NCBI GenBank assembly: GCA_051294905.1
Contig: CM119372.1
Coordinates: forward strand, 28,894,001-28,958,000
DNA: 64,000 nucleotides
Source: Botryllus schlosseri
Taxonomy: Eukaryota
Direction of reading: 5' to 3'
Shown: positions 25,231 to 38,290 of the stretch, one piece after another
How positions within the stretch are numbered: the first letter of the stretch is position 1
How the letters are laid out: the number at the start of each line of letters is the position of its first letter
The notes under the pieces: generated by a model
What the model was told of the DNA's origin: nothing
Seen by the model: only the letters and a program-made list of their open reading frames with translations
Database searches by the model: none
Made by a program: the position numbers and the translations under genes

Positions 25231-26674
25231 TCATTCCCGGTCGATAGCTTGTCCGCCAGCCACAAGTTCCTCTATCAGCTTCTGTACTTCAGCCTTCTCC
25301 GATGCCTGCACGTCCAGCTCCTGTGAAAATCGAACCTTGTAGTTGTGATTGAACCAACCAAAATTGTAACAGGATTTCGGCAGTGTGATCCGTAGGAAAT
25401 GTGTGGGTTTCCGGGTTCGAGGAGGTTTTTTTTGAGAAATGGAGCTAAATCGAGTCTTTCTGTGAAATTGGCAGAACTACTGGTAGGTAGGTAGGTAGGT
25501 ATAGTGACGGTCTATTGAGCACAGATTTTATAATGTGCATGAACAGAGCATCTCGAGCCATCCTGCGTCATGACACAAAGAGTTCCAGGAATTTATCACT
25601 CCAACAGCACCTGGTCAAACCAAACTACTTGGTAAAGAGTGCTGGAAATTGCGCATTTTGCACTTTGGAGCTGGTTTGACTTGCACTTCTTGGGATCACC
25701 AAAGCTAAAGCAGTCGGCTTAATCTGGATTTTGTGTCGTTATGTAGGCTATGGCTGGAGTGGTCTCGCGCACAAGTCGCACACCAAAATTTCATGTGGGA
25801 AGTGCTGAAACTGCTGATTGAGCTCTATCATATTATTATTCTCCTGTGAAATTGCATAGTTGTGTCGAATTGTGTAGCCGAGCAAGGTATCGTTCATGAA
25901 TAGATTGAGCATCTCTGATGTAATAAACTGTTATAGCCAACGCTATGCAATGCATATCATTAAACCACAGCCTTCCATTCATGCAGAAAAAAATGGCTGA
26001 ACAGCTGGGTGGATATTTTAGGTAAGTCAGCGACCTGAATACAGTACTAATTCATAGGTTCATTGAAATAATAATTTTGTGTAGTATATGAAAGCACCAG
26101 CCTTATATATAGCGTCGATTTAATATAATGGTAAAAAATGGCCCTTCAAGTCACCATTGACAAAAATGTTGTGGTTTGCAATATTTTAACAGACAAGATG
26201 AAACTCACGTTCCGTATCTGGCAGATAAGGCACCAAGGGTAACAACAACCAAGGCAGTTGTCGTCAGACGTTAGGCCAGGAATGGCATTCCTCTTCCTGT
26301 ATTCTCCCTTCGTCTTTCCAACCGATGCAGTCGCGCCTATAACCAGAGGTGCTAGAAGGCACAGCCACGCATGTCTTTTTCTCGTTCCTAGGCCTATATT
26401 TGACAAATGTATCGGTTACCCCAATAGCTATTCATTTTAACGTAATTGTTGTACCGAGTTCTTTCGCATTATCACCGTTCACCAAACACGGGACGAAGGC
26501 AGTCTTGAAGAACACTCTCGGGTTATACAGGCAATCCACGGCGCGAAATGTGAAGGATCCTTCTCTCTGTATCACAAGGAGCTTTTCGGTATCAGATTCA
26601 ATAAGGGCCCGTCTCTGCGCAATTATCTCGGTTTGATGAACCCTTGCCTGACGAGGAGCCCGTTGCATAGCCAT
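25231..26674 (-). CDS. PLAC8/cornifelin-like Cys-rich protein, ~164 aa. Exons 26674-26455, 26393-26209, 25320-25231
   Basis: PLAC8 motifs DCL..FVPCLVNGDNA and YRKRNAIPG...DNCLGCCYPWCLICQIRN|EL. GT-AG introns are phase compatible; 495 nt in frame. Confidence 0.82.
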
Positions 26675-27173
26675 GTTGAACTTGTCAGGATACCGGCTCT
26701 TTTTGGCCGAAGAGCGAATCAAAACACTGGACTGTCAATCCAGTTCTTTTATCGGTGACGTCATAAACAACTATAATTCAGCAGTTTCAGATATAGCATA
26801 TAGTGAGTAGTGACTATACTGAAGCTGGAGTTTTGACGCGGACACTCACTGGACAGTAGCTAGAGAGCTTTTGTCAGTTTCCAGTGCTTTCCAGGCACGT
26901 CCCGATTTTACAGGACCGTCACGTTCTCATCGTGGTTTCGACCTGTCGAATCCTGTAACATAGAGCGTACGTTTAGCTACTATTACAACAAAGCAATAGC
27001 ACTGGTGTACGGTACGCATATGTATGTACGAAGAGCTATCACTACGATATAGCCTACATCTTACGTTGTAGTAATGATATGCATTTACCAAACTCCGCAT
27101 ATCAATGTTAAAACAATAGATATACAGAGATGTGCATTGTGCAAGGTGCATTGTGCATACTTTTGAGTTAGCT

Positions 27174-28488
27174 CAGTGGATCCAAACTGCGCGCCAGCGC
27201 CTCCTGGGGGCGTTCGCGAGCGTGAATTAAGGGGTCGCTGGCCATGAAATGAGCGATTGGGGGGGCGCTGGATATAATGGGGCGGTGGGGGGTGATGAGA
27301 GCAAACGGGGCGGTGTAGGTTTAGAAGGAAACTGCTGCGTAGTGTTGAAACGATTGATAAATAAGCAGCTAAATTCACAGTAAAAATGCAGAATCGATTC
27401 AGTCAGGGCAATTTATGGTCGTCCGTCTATTTATTCAGCTGTACAGGAAAAGTCCATTGGTACTTGACAATGTTGATCCTGCACATCAATGGACTAATTT
27501 AGCAGTCGGCAGTATCCCTGAAAAGCGTGGTTCATTGTGTGCTGTGAGAACTACGAAGTATTCGAGCAGTTATTGCTGAATGCAAGGTGTGATGACTGTT
27601 AACAGAGAAACTGCCTTGCGTGATTTTACTTTCTATTCAAACGATCGTAGATTTTCCACATTGACACACGAGCGGGGCCTTCGACACGGCGTTTCTGTTT
27701 GCGAGAAACGATGTCGCTTCTACTTGACGGACATATGAGCAGAATAGGCCTATATATCCGTTCTTAGTAATGATGAAACCTGATATAGTTGAAAATGGCA
27801 CTGTCCGGATTCAATGATAAGCCTGTGATGTTTCACAGAAATTTTACGACACGTGAACTGTTCCAACTCTCAAGCTTGCATGAGCTACCGGTCGAGCTCG
27901 AATGACCCGATTTTGATGGAGAAACATAAATCAATCATCTCAGAAAATTGCACGATGGTGATTTGATTCCAGGGTATATTCCAATTAGAAATTCCTCATC
28001 GGATAATCAATCCATTCTGTTGAGAGCATGAATTTATTGAGGAGCTGATTATATTGTAGTGTAGAACAATTTTGAGTTCAACCCAAAGTTCAATATCTCC
28101 AATCAATCGTTCTGGATGCACAATTGAATCAAATAGAGATAGGCACAGCAGGGTCGGGTTGAGTTTTTCGTTGTTCTCCTTCTCCGCTCATATTTATTAG
28201 AACGTGTTTTCCGTGCCGTGACAAGGTTTCTGACTCACAACAGAAACCGACTTGACAGTACGGGACGTGGACACTGTAGATTTTAGATTAAGATTGTTCT
28301 TATCGAAACTCAAACCCACTATGTTGAGGATGATGATAATATGATACCCCAGCTTCATCGGTCTCATTATTAGCTGTATTAAATGCAGAACAACTTTCGT
28401 TTTATGATTTAGGCGTGATGAGGGGTGTCGGTGGCGCTTTATTCGTTGTCCTGGGGGACGGTAGCTCAAAAAAGTATGAGAAACACTG
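27174..28488. mobile_element. Non-autonomous hAT element
   Basis: Degenerate TIRs (CAGTGG.. / ..GAAACACTG); perfect TSD AGTTAGCT. Confidence 0.8.
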
Positions 28489-29110
28489 AGTTAGCTGGAT
28501 GGGGATATCCCGAGATTCCTGATCCTCTAAATATGATACGGTCTCAAATTAAAGACAAAATCATTAAATAATTTTTGCAACTGCCATTTCTCCAGAAATT
28601 CACCGTCTTCTAACTGCAGCTAAAATATTCATTGAATAATCCACATTTCACTCCAGCTGCATAAATAGATCTATTTGGTATGTCAGGAATGTGCGTGTAC
28701 GCGCTTCAACCCTTTTGGATATTTCTGGCACGATTTCTTCACTTCTGCACTTACTGCTCGACACGACCTGCATACAGTCCTATTTCATTGGTTATTTGGA
28801 AACATATCATGAGTAACTCACTCTGCTTCCACATGATGTAACAGTATGGACTCTCGAGGGTTGCGTTTAAAACAAAAATCAATCTAAAACAAACATGTTC
28901 AAAACAAGGCCCTTACTGTTTAAAACATGTTTTTTAAGCTATGACGTCACGGATATAGGATTGTGACGTCATAGTGAATTGACATTGACAATTGAAAATA
29001 TAGGGTAAATATAGCTCGCCTTTGACGAAATATCTGTACTATCGCTGTTGAACCGACTATTTTGAGGATTCCAACCATCCCATATCGATATACGTCGGGT
29101 ATATATCGAG

Positions 29111-30098
29111 TAGTGTTAGGATCAAGTCACTACCTTCGAGTCACGAGTCATCTTGAGTCATTGCACATTTTGACTCGAGTCAAGTCAAGTCAAGTAAATC
29201 GATTTTCAAATGTGACTCGAGTCAAGTCAAGTCACCCGATTTTCGGAGGTGACTCGAGTCAAGTCGAGTCAAGTCAAGTCACGAGTCAAGTCACGATTCA
29301 AGTCAAATTGAATTTTCGAAGTATGAGTGATGATGCAAAGTCATTACATTTTGCTAACTGGGTGAAGGACAGATTAATTGGCCATTGATCTTGAAACAAA
29401 TAACGAATATAAAGTTAAATATACATGCAAAAAGGTGCTGTATGGCTCACGAACACGTAGAGCTGTTAATAAAATACGTGAGTAACTGTATACATAGCTA
29501 AATAACTACAGTCCGGTATTATCAACCAATATAGAGGATCGAATACGAAGCCTCGAAGTTGTACAAATTGATGCAGTACATACACTATCCATCTACGCAT
29601 CCGTGAGAATATAAACGCATAAGCTATATTCTTTCGATTTAAATCGTACAAGAGTGTTGGTAAAGGTGAGCACTGCGCAATGTAAGCACTGAGCCGTCTA
29701 GGAAACAGAGATACGTTGATATTACATTAATCTACTGCTACTACGACAACGTAAGCTGTGATCGTTTCGTTTGCGGTCAATTTATTTATAATGTAACAAT
29801 GGAGGATCAGTGAAACTTATACACTCAGTGAATGACTGGTTGCTCACACAAGTGACACTTGCGTATCGGGAACAAACCGAACAATCAAGATATATAAGAT
29901 AGGGTGATCTAATCGACACTGTTTATGACTTGATGACTTGAAATTGACTCGTAAATTTTGCTCCGAGTCACTAGTCATTCCCTATTTCTGAAGCAACTCG
30001 TCAAGTCAAGTCAAGACGTTTTTGCAAAGTGACTCGAGTCAAGTCAACTCATACGAAAAAGTTGACTCGAGTCCCAGACTCTAGTCATCCCAACACTG
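29111..30098. mobile_element. hAT-type element with GACTCGAGTC/AAGTC subterminal repeats; truncated copy at ~56590-57340
   Basis: TIRs TAGTGTTAGGA / TCCCAACACTG; TSD ATATCGAG/ATATCGGG. Confidence 0.88.
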
Positions 30099-30234
30099 AT
30101 ATCGGGTGGTAATTGTCCGTAGGCTCATTCAACATGTTTTATGGAAAGTATTTATACAATTATGGAATAATTTTACAAACTTATAAAAAACACAATTTTT
30201 TTAATGGCCTTCGTTTAAAACAAAGTGTTTTAAA

Positions 30235-31522
30235 CAGAGGTGGTCAAAGTAGTCAAGAAAACTACTCAAGTAGAAGTAGAAGTAGCGACGGAAAAATCTA
30301 CTCAAGTACGACTGGCAGTACTTTTTCCATAAGCAACCTAAAACTACTTGAAGTAGAAGCAGAATTGACTGACTTCAAATCTACTCAAGTAAGTAAGTAG
30401 TTGTGAAAACGATCGTAATTCGTTCGCATAGATTGTCAAAGGGTGCAAAGTGAGCTATGCGAAAGGTGCCGAGCTTGATTCATATTGATGCATCCAATTT
30501 TCGACAGCATGAGCATTCGTGCGCATCATGGGGTGAAAATGCTAGTATCGATATGGAAATGCGATGCTAATCCTCTGTATACTCGAACAACACGTTTTTG
30601 AAAATATCGTGGTATCGCCCCCTCCTCCATATTATAAGGCCCGCTGTTTAGTCAAAGAGCAATACGGAGATATTGTGTAGGATACAGTGTAAACAGCTTG
30701 CGCGATAAGTAAACGTTCATAAAAAATATGATGGATCGTAAAAATCCCATATTGTGTAGCTTTATTTCCGGAAACTAAAGGCATTACTACACTTGCTTTT
30801 ATACATCAACTTCAACATGTATGTTATCCAGACAAAAGAACTGAAATTAATTAGAACTAAAAGTATATAATACTGGAGATTGAAAGTGAAACATAAATAC
30901 TACTTCTAAAAGCGGCAAATGTATTTCATGTCTTTAGTCCAGAAAGTTTCAAAGGTGGTATGCTAAAACAGCTCTAAAACTAAAAAAATTCAGAGTCCAC
31001 TTTTCCAGATTAGGACACGCCATGGACTGCTAGAGTACGATATGATAAGTAAATGCTAGATTGCGAAACATCAGTTTCAGGCGTTATGATGAGTCATATA
31101 TACTGTTATGAAATATTTCATATGGGTGAAGGGCGACAATGCGGTGTGGACGGAGCCACGCCAACCCGCTACCTAAATTATATTCACCGATACTTTCGTG
31201 AAATCATACTGGTTAGACCGTATCCACTGCGCGCGAAGCGCGACGAAAATTCTGGGCTTTACTCAACTTTTGTAAAAATTATATGTTGATACTCCGTGAA
31301 AACAGCCCCGAAATTCCTCGGGCAATCTTCCTGATTGGAGGATCAAACTACTTCTACTTGACAAACTGAAAATAGCGAAAAGTAAGTAGGTAGATCACAA
31401 AATATTACGAAGTAGAAGTAGAAGTAGTGAAAATCAGATCCACTTCAGTAAGTACCAGAAATAGAGGGAAACTACTTGAGTACTTCGAAAAAGTAGAAAT
31501 ACTTCGTTACTGACCACCTCTG
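30235..31522. mobile_element. hAT-type element with AGTAG/TACTCAAGTA subterminal repeats
   Basis: TIR CAGAGGTGGTCA; perfect TSD GTTTTAAA. Confidence 0.9.
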
Positions 31523-31643
31523 GTTTTAAAACACCGTTTGTTTTAAATGCAACCCTAATAATCACCGTCCATATATATATACTGGTCGAGGTTCGGTTGT
31601 ACGCTTTACCGGTATTGTACAAATGATTAATCCTCCTATTAAT

Positions 31644-32003
31644 TAGGGTTACCATACGTCCACTTTTAAGGGATTTGTCATCTTTTTCACTAAATCGAAA
31701 GTGTACGCGGATGACGCCTAAATGTCCTCTTTCTGAGAATTTGTCCTCTTTTCTAAAAACAATTTTAAAATTCGACCACAAAACTGTACAGTGTACAGTG
31801 TACACCGACACAACGAACGTCAGAGTTTCGTAAAAAATGGGGTAAAACGAAAGTCGAGTCAATGTGATGACCTGTTTTTTTAGTCAAGACACCACTCTCC
31901 ATCGAGAAATTTTCAAAATTACCAGTTTTCTTTACTGGTGATGGTGCTTTCAAAAATTTTGAAAAGTGTCCTCTTTTTCGTATCTCAACACATGGTAACC
32001 CTA
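31644..32003. mobile_element. 360-bp hAT MITE
   Basis: TIR TAGGGTTACCAT; TSD CTATTAAT/CTATTGAT. Confidence 0.85.
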
Positions 32004-32391
32004 CTATTGATGGTATTATGTTTAGAGCTGGATTGGGAAACGGTAAACGCAAGACTTCTCTTACTATGCGCACCGAAATAGCAGACTAGTGCACAATGTG
32101 CATTCACTATCTGTCCGCGCAAAGTGCGAAAATATCTCAGTTAACCAATGAATTCGGTCAATAATATCGGTACATATAATAATACATGTATAGGCTATTG
32201 CGGATCACTTATGTACCGCGAAGATCAGATTGCAATGACAGGAGTAGTCTATACGAGGTGCCTAAACAGGTTTTGGCCAACACGCGTCGTTCATTTTGGG
32301 GCAAAATTTCATCGCCGACGAGCCTTCTGAGAGCTCACTCGCGAAGTCGCATGTTCACCAGCATTTCATATATCTTTGTGTACCACTAAAG

Positions 32392-33166
32392 CAGTGGTTC
32401 TCAACCTTTTTGTCTTCGGGGCCCCCTTTTGGACCGTCACGGACCCCGCGGACCCTCTCGCCTTTTAGTTCAAATTTTGCTCAATTATCGCGCAATTGTC
32501 ATCTGCCTTGTAAAAATATTAACTGTAAGCTCAGCAACAAAATGACTTCTCTTAAAATTAATATCATAATATATGTATGTAGAAATTGTGACTTTTAATA
32601 TTTCAAAATGAATCCTGAAACTGCATTTCTTTAAATGCGTCGACGTGTCTTGAAAATTCGCGCCTTCGATTTGATGTGAACGGTCATTGCCATAAATCCA
32701 TTTCCACAAATATGGTGGTGAATGTGATAATAACACGTAACGCTGCCGACGACATATTTGAGTATGATCGCAACAATTATGGCACCAAAGTTGAGAAACA
32801 GATTTTTTAATGAACATAAAATAAAGTCCAGCCTGGTCATTTTTATCTAGGCAGCCCATCTTGAATTTATTATAAAATAGTGGTTATGGATATCACAGGA
32901 GAAAATGCATTTCGCAAACATTTCGAAGTCATCGTGATTGATTTGTATAGGTTATCGGCAATTTAGCAATAAAATGAGTTTGCACAGTAGGATATTTCAT
33001 CTCAGACGGCCATTCTGTTGATGTGAGTCCTGGAGTTTTATCAGTAATGAAGCGAAACTGCGTCGTGATTTCCCACATTAAAAACATACAAATTAGGTTA
33101 CCAACCATTCTGAGGTTTCGCCGGACCCACTAAAAACGCTTCACGGATACCGGTTGTAAACCACTG
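32392..33166. mobile_element. hAT MITE (5692 family)
   Basis: TIR CAGTGGTT; TSD CACTAAAG/CACGAGAG. Internal homology to 5692-6557 and 9615-10450. Confidence 0.82.
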
Positions 33167-34964
33167 CACGAGAGACTGAAGACGATCCCAATCGGCCTCA
33201 ATTTATATGTGATAGAGCCTACTGGGAGTCCAGCACTATCATGTTTTCTAATTTTTGCGAATACAGCTCGACTCAGTTTTGTATATTACGAATATCTTTT
33301 ACATTTTTAGAAGGGTCACTGAATTCAAGAAATCTAGGGGCACATAATTGCGCGAAGCTGAATCAATCTGCAGCAAAATATTCTAATTTATGATATATTT
33401 TATAAAATACGAAAATATGAGATGGGCATGGTCCCTGACTACGCCAATGAGTCGAAACTGCTGCTTTTTAAGTCATAACATCCAAAACTTCGCGGTCAAG
33501 CTGATCCAAGTCTGGGTTGACCTTGCAAGTTCACAATAAGTTATTACAGTTATTTTTTGATAATATAACTAAATTCCGAAATGACCGAGCCATTCAAAAC
33601 CTCCTCGTGGCCTAGTGTTGCCCTCGTGCCACGGTTTGGCCACCCCGGATCTACACTTTATAGCAGGGGTCTCAAACACGCGGCCACGGGCCGCATGCGA
33701 CACGCGAGACCATTTTGTGCGGCCCGCGACGGCATTTTGGATTTTGGATTTTGGACTTATTGGACGTATTACAGGAGTGGGCAAACTGCGGCCCGTGAGG
33801 ACATTTTGTGCGGCCCGCAAAGGCATCGAGAAATGTAGTAGATATTGATAAAATGCGCAGTACAAATCTACTTACTAGAACTAGAGGGAATTCGCTAAAA
33901 TTTTTCCTAAGATATTTCATCATGATATTGATTACGTATAATATTAATAATGTATATTTTGGTTTTATTGTTGGCGCATGAGCCCGGCCCATGGTCGGGA
34001 GCCACGCATTTTGAAATGTTTCGGTTGCTAAACATCCAAGGAAACCAAAACGGAAATGAATTAGTTTGGATAAAAAATGTGATTTTGGGTTAGAACTTAG
34101 AACTCCAACTTTCTGTGGTGTATCTGAACAAACCCTTTCGTGCGTGTGCTGGGTAGTGTCATCCTATGCACAGTTAGGTGCAAATTGTTCATAACTTCGG
34201 CCTCAATTAATTCATAACGAGTTGTCCAAATCAATACAAAAAGCGAAAAGTTGAAGATGAATGCTTTGCAATCAATAAAGTATCAACTGATAGGTACTTC
34301 TGTTTCGTCATCGGAGGTAACGCAATATGTATTACTTTTCATAATATGTCATTATTGTAATAAATTCGATGCTGTAATTCGAAACATCACTTGAATCCGA
34401 ACATTCTAATTTTAGACCAAATGTATCAAATTACGGGGTGCCAAATAAATCAACCGAATTAATCAAATGTTTAGGGCACCAGTAAATTATGTTGATCTCG
34501 TCCTCATAAAAGAACGTGAAGAAGGCAAGTTCAACACTGTAAGCCTTTTCCAAAAAGTTATTTAAATGTAACAGGCTGGTTATGATGATGTAAGCTTAAC
34601 CCAAAGCAGAATCAGCATATCTATGAGCCGATCGCTTCTCACATATTCAAATTTCCATCCTGTCATAAGAATCGGCACAGCCTACTTCCATCCCAAATTT
34701 TGACGACTTGATTGAAGATGGCAAGCTTGTAAAATATCATCAATGTTTCTGACCCATTTGTATTATCATCAAACCAATGTTAAAATTGTTTAATCCATAT
34801 CTATGTGTGCATGTTTACTACAATAATCAAATAAAAGTATGCGTCTTGGCTTATAATTTCGATTATACTATAATGTGGCCCGCGAATGGATTCATATGTT
34901 CAATGCGGCCCGCGAAGTAGTAAGGGAAAGCAATTTATACGCCGGCCAATCCCAGAAGGCCACG

Positions 34965-35335
34965 TCGCCTTAATTGCCACGCCTACATTGCCACATCATC
35001 CGCCCATTGCCGCACCTATGGGACACCCCTTGCCACATCATCCACCCATTGCCACATCATCTGCTACGTCATCAGCCGCGGCCATTGCCACATCATCCGC
35101 CTGTCGCCTTAATTGCCACGCCTACATTGCCACATCATCCGCCCATTGCCGCACCTATGGGACGCCCCCTGCCACATCATCCACCCATTGCCGCACCTAT
35201 AGCACACCCATTGCCACATCATCAGCCACACCCATTGCCACATCATCTGCTACGTCATCAGCCACGCCCATTGTTACATCATCCATCCATATAACGCCCA
35301 TTGCTACATCAACGCCCATTGCTACATCATCATGA
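34965..35335 (+). repeat. Subterminal tandem repeats (CCCATTGCCACATCATC-like); mirrored at ~52885-53157 and ~54488-54590
   Basis: Many degenerate ~20-nt units start ~50 bp inside each terminus. Confidence 0.9.
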
Positions 35336-38290
35336 TTATGCGTACTGAGCTGTTTTTTGACTTTTTTGCGTCAAATCTTACCTTAGCTAGAATCGACAGA
35401 TTTTCTATTATGTGTATTTAGGACTATGTATTTAAATTCCTATTCAGATTATACATAAATGCGAAAACTATGATGTCTATGCAAGGCTATATTCTCCGGA
35501 TAATATTATTAATATCAAAATTCTACACATCATCACTAATTACTTAATATAAAATCCGATTTTGAGCGCTGCGACTTGATAATATGAATCCCTACGCTTC
35601 TGATGCATGATTTTTGCGATAAGGACCCAGGTAACATTCAGAGTCTGCAACGATTGTTTGGATATACATTATAGCAATACCCCACTAAACTATAGGCGGT
35701 TATATTACTCTATTGGTCAGAGATAACTCATCCTTCCATATTTTTAAACTTGATTTTACGTATACAAGTTACGCTCTCTGCAGCCCCACATTTTACGAAT
35801 TATTTTCATTAGACGCAGGCAAGCGATTCTCCAGTTCGGAGGTACGGAAACAAATCACTCGCATGTGCGCGTTCCGAATAGTCTTGTAGAATTTTCTAAA
35901 GTCGTAACAGCTTAGTAGCATATACGCGAATCCCAAGGTGAAAATAATCGAACGAACTATAGCCGCAGGCGTGCGATTCGCAGGGCTTTATTTATACAAA
36001 CACTTTCGATGCCTGTACGCGAACCCCAGCGTTATAACGATTAGGTCTAATTAGCACGTTCTGAAGCCGTAAATTTAGTCAACATCATTGAGATGTCCAT
36101 GATTTAAATATGGTGATCGAGTGTGACAATAGCACTCGTCAAGGTTAGACAAACATAACCTTAAACTACTCTCTACTTCACAAAATATAAAGAACGAACA
36201 CCTTCGCCGCAGGTACGCGATCCCCGACGTTATAATGATAGTGCCAAATTAGCCGCATGAAAGCGAGTCTAATGAATATAACGACAGACACCAAGTTAGT
36301 TGAAAAGTAAAACTAATCGTGACCGATGCAAGACGGATTGAAACAGCGCTTTCGCTCGATTCTTGTAGTGACCACATTTCATACGGTTCAGTCCTTTTCA
36401 TGTCACTAGAATAAGGGTGAATAAACCGACAGTGAAACGCCACCGACGACTTATAACGTAATAATGTAAGCTGCGTCGGGTGCTGCTTTAATGTTAGGAG
36501 CGAATATAGTAGAAAGTCCACGTCTGGACACCTGTAAGCAGCTGCGCATACTACCGTAGTAAAACGCATAGCAGAATTCACGCAAAAGTCGATATTGCTT
36601 TGTGATGATTTTGATGTTGTTCCATACCGATTGGGAATATAGGACTCCTAATTCCTTAACTAACTACATAATCCCTAGTAACGTAGTCAGACGCATAACG
36701 GAATTTACGCAAATCGGTATTGCTCTGCGATAATTTTGACCACTATGTTTTGATAATAACTTGCTTCCGAGAAATAGATAACATTCATTATACGTTAGAT
36801 GATACTTTTCCTTTATATTCTATTATGTGTATTTAGGGCTAATGCGACATCACTATGTTGGCGACAGGCCTGATTTGAACACGCTAATTTTGCAAATTAA
36901 ACTTATCACCCACCACGAACACTCAATGAAGAGCACCCTGGAGCACCCACATAAATGCTCCACAATTTGTGACGTATAATATACTGAGCATATAATAAGC
37001 TGACAAAACTGATACTTGAGTACTCCGAAATGAACAAGTATTTTACCTTTACACGACGTTTTTGTAAAATGAATACTAATGGTACGCGAATGATCATAGA
37101 CTAAGCTTGCTTTCAGAGTTGGAAACTAAATGCATATGAAAATTTAACTATGTTTTCCCCTCACGCATCAGATGTAGGCCTACTCAAGTGTTTATGAGGC
37201 GGCGAATAGTTCGAAGGTTGTTGGTATGCAAGGACGTCACATAGAATTGTGGAGTTTTCTGTAAACTATAATCCAGTGATCTATTTTCAATCACTATACT
37301 TTTATTAATCTAAACTAAGTACTGTTAGTAGGCAAATCCTAGAAAAGTATCCTCTGATAAAAGCAGGAGTAATTCGTTATCTGTGAAATAAATAGATAGC
37401 GCGCAATATGAGCGGTGTTACGATGACTGACAAATACTTTGAATTAATGCATAGAAGTAGCGATTTCGAACTACGTAAAAAGTTAGTCGAGCTCACGCAT
37501 TTTCCATTTTCAAAAGTCGACGTTTTTTGTAAAATGAATAATAATTTTAATGAAAAATAAAAAAGAGCGAAAAATTACATTTTATCTCGGAACGCAACAA
37601 GAAAAATCGTATGAACTTGTAAACTACTTATTTATGACATAATAATAATTCTACTTGTACACTTATTCACATTTTATACCACTTTTAGTAATACTTAACG
37701 GTTTCAGTTTTAAATAAAACTCGGAATATAAAGTAATCGAAAAATTCGGTAACCAATTTCGCGTAGGCTATGCATACATATGAGGGAAGTTACATCAACG
37801 CGTGTTAACTAGTTGTATTATGTAGCTTGTAATTCATGCAAGTTTCGAAACTTCTACACCGAGTCTTTTTAAAGTAGATAGAAACGAAAAACAATTACGC
37901 CTAGGCTATGCATACAAATGAGGAAAGTTCCATCAACGCGTGTTAACTAGTTGTATCGAGTTATCGAATGAGTTTTTTCCTTACATCAAAACAACTAGAA
38001 TGTGTAACTACATTAAAAAAACGTTCCTAACCCTTAACGCACCCGCGATAAATCGTACAAGCAACAAGTTTCGAGTAATCGAAATCGCGCCCCCTGAATT
38101 CAAAGCTTATTTCGAGATCTAAGCTACTTTGAAAATGAGGATCCTAGGATTTGCTTGAGTTTCATCCAGTGGCGGCTCGTGACAATATCGGGTGGTGGGG
38201 CAAGGGCTGCAAGCGACTTTTTATCAAGATGACGTCACAATGGCGTTTTCCAACGTAAACAAGTAACTTGGTGGTACGGACTACGTACGG

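Larger units (their letters stand above)
28856..31557. mobile_element. TAGGGTTGCATTTAAAA-family element hosting two nested elements
   Basis: GAGGGTTGCGTTTAAAA...TTTTAAATGCAACCCTA. Internal sequence is colinear with the 3484 copy, which lacks the nested inserts. Confidence 0.8.

Noticed and set aside
27390..28850. Possible LINE or transposase relic
   Set aside because: I could not recover a convincing motif in the frames I read.
34886..35335. His/Pro-rich and PIATSS-repeat ORFs (also 52886-53262)
   Set aside because: Translations of subterminal tandem repeats that lack stop codons, and the frames begin in flanking elements.
35400..37550. Possible decayed Polinton genes in the arms (ORFs 36249-36581, 36906-37097 and mirrors)
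   Set aside because: No recognisable motifs and frequent stops. Identity between arms reflects the duplication; a profile search would be needed.
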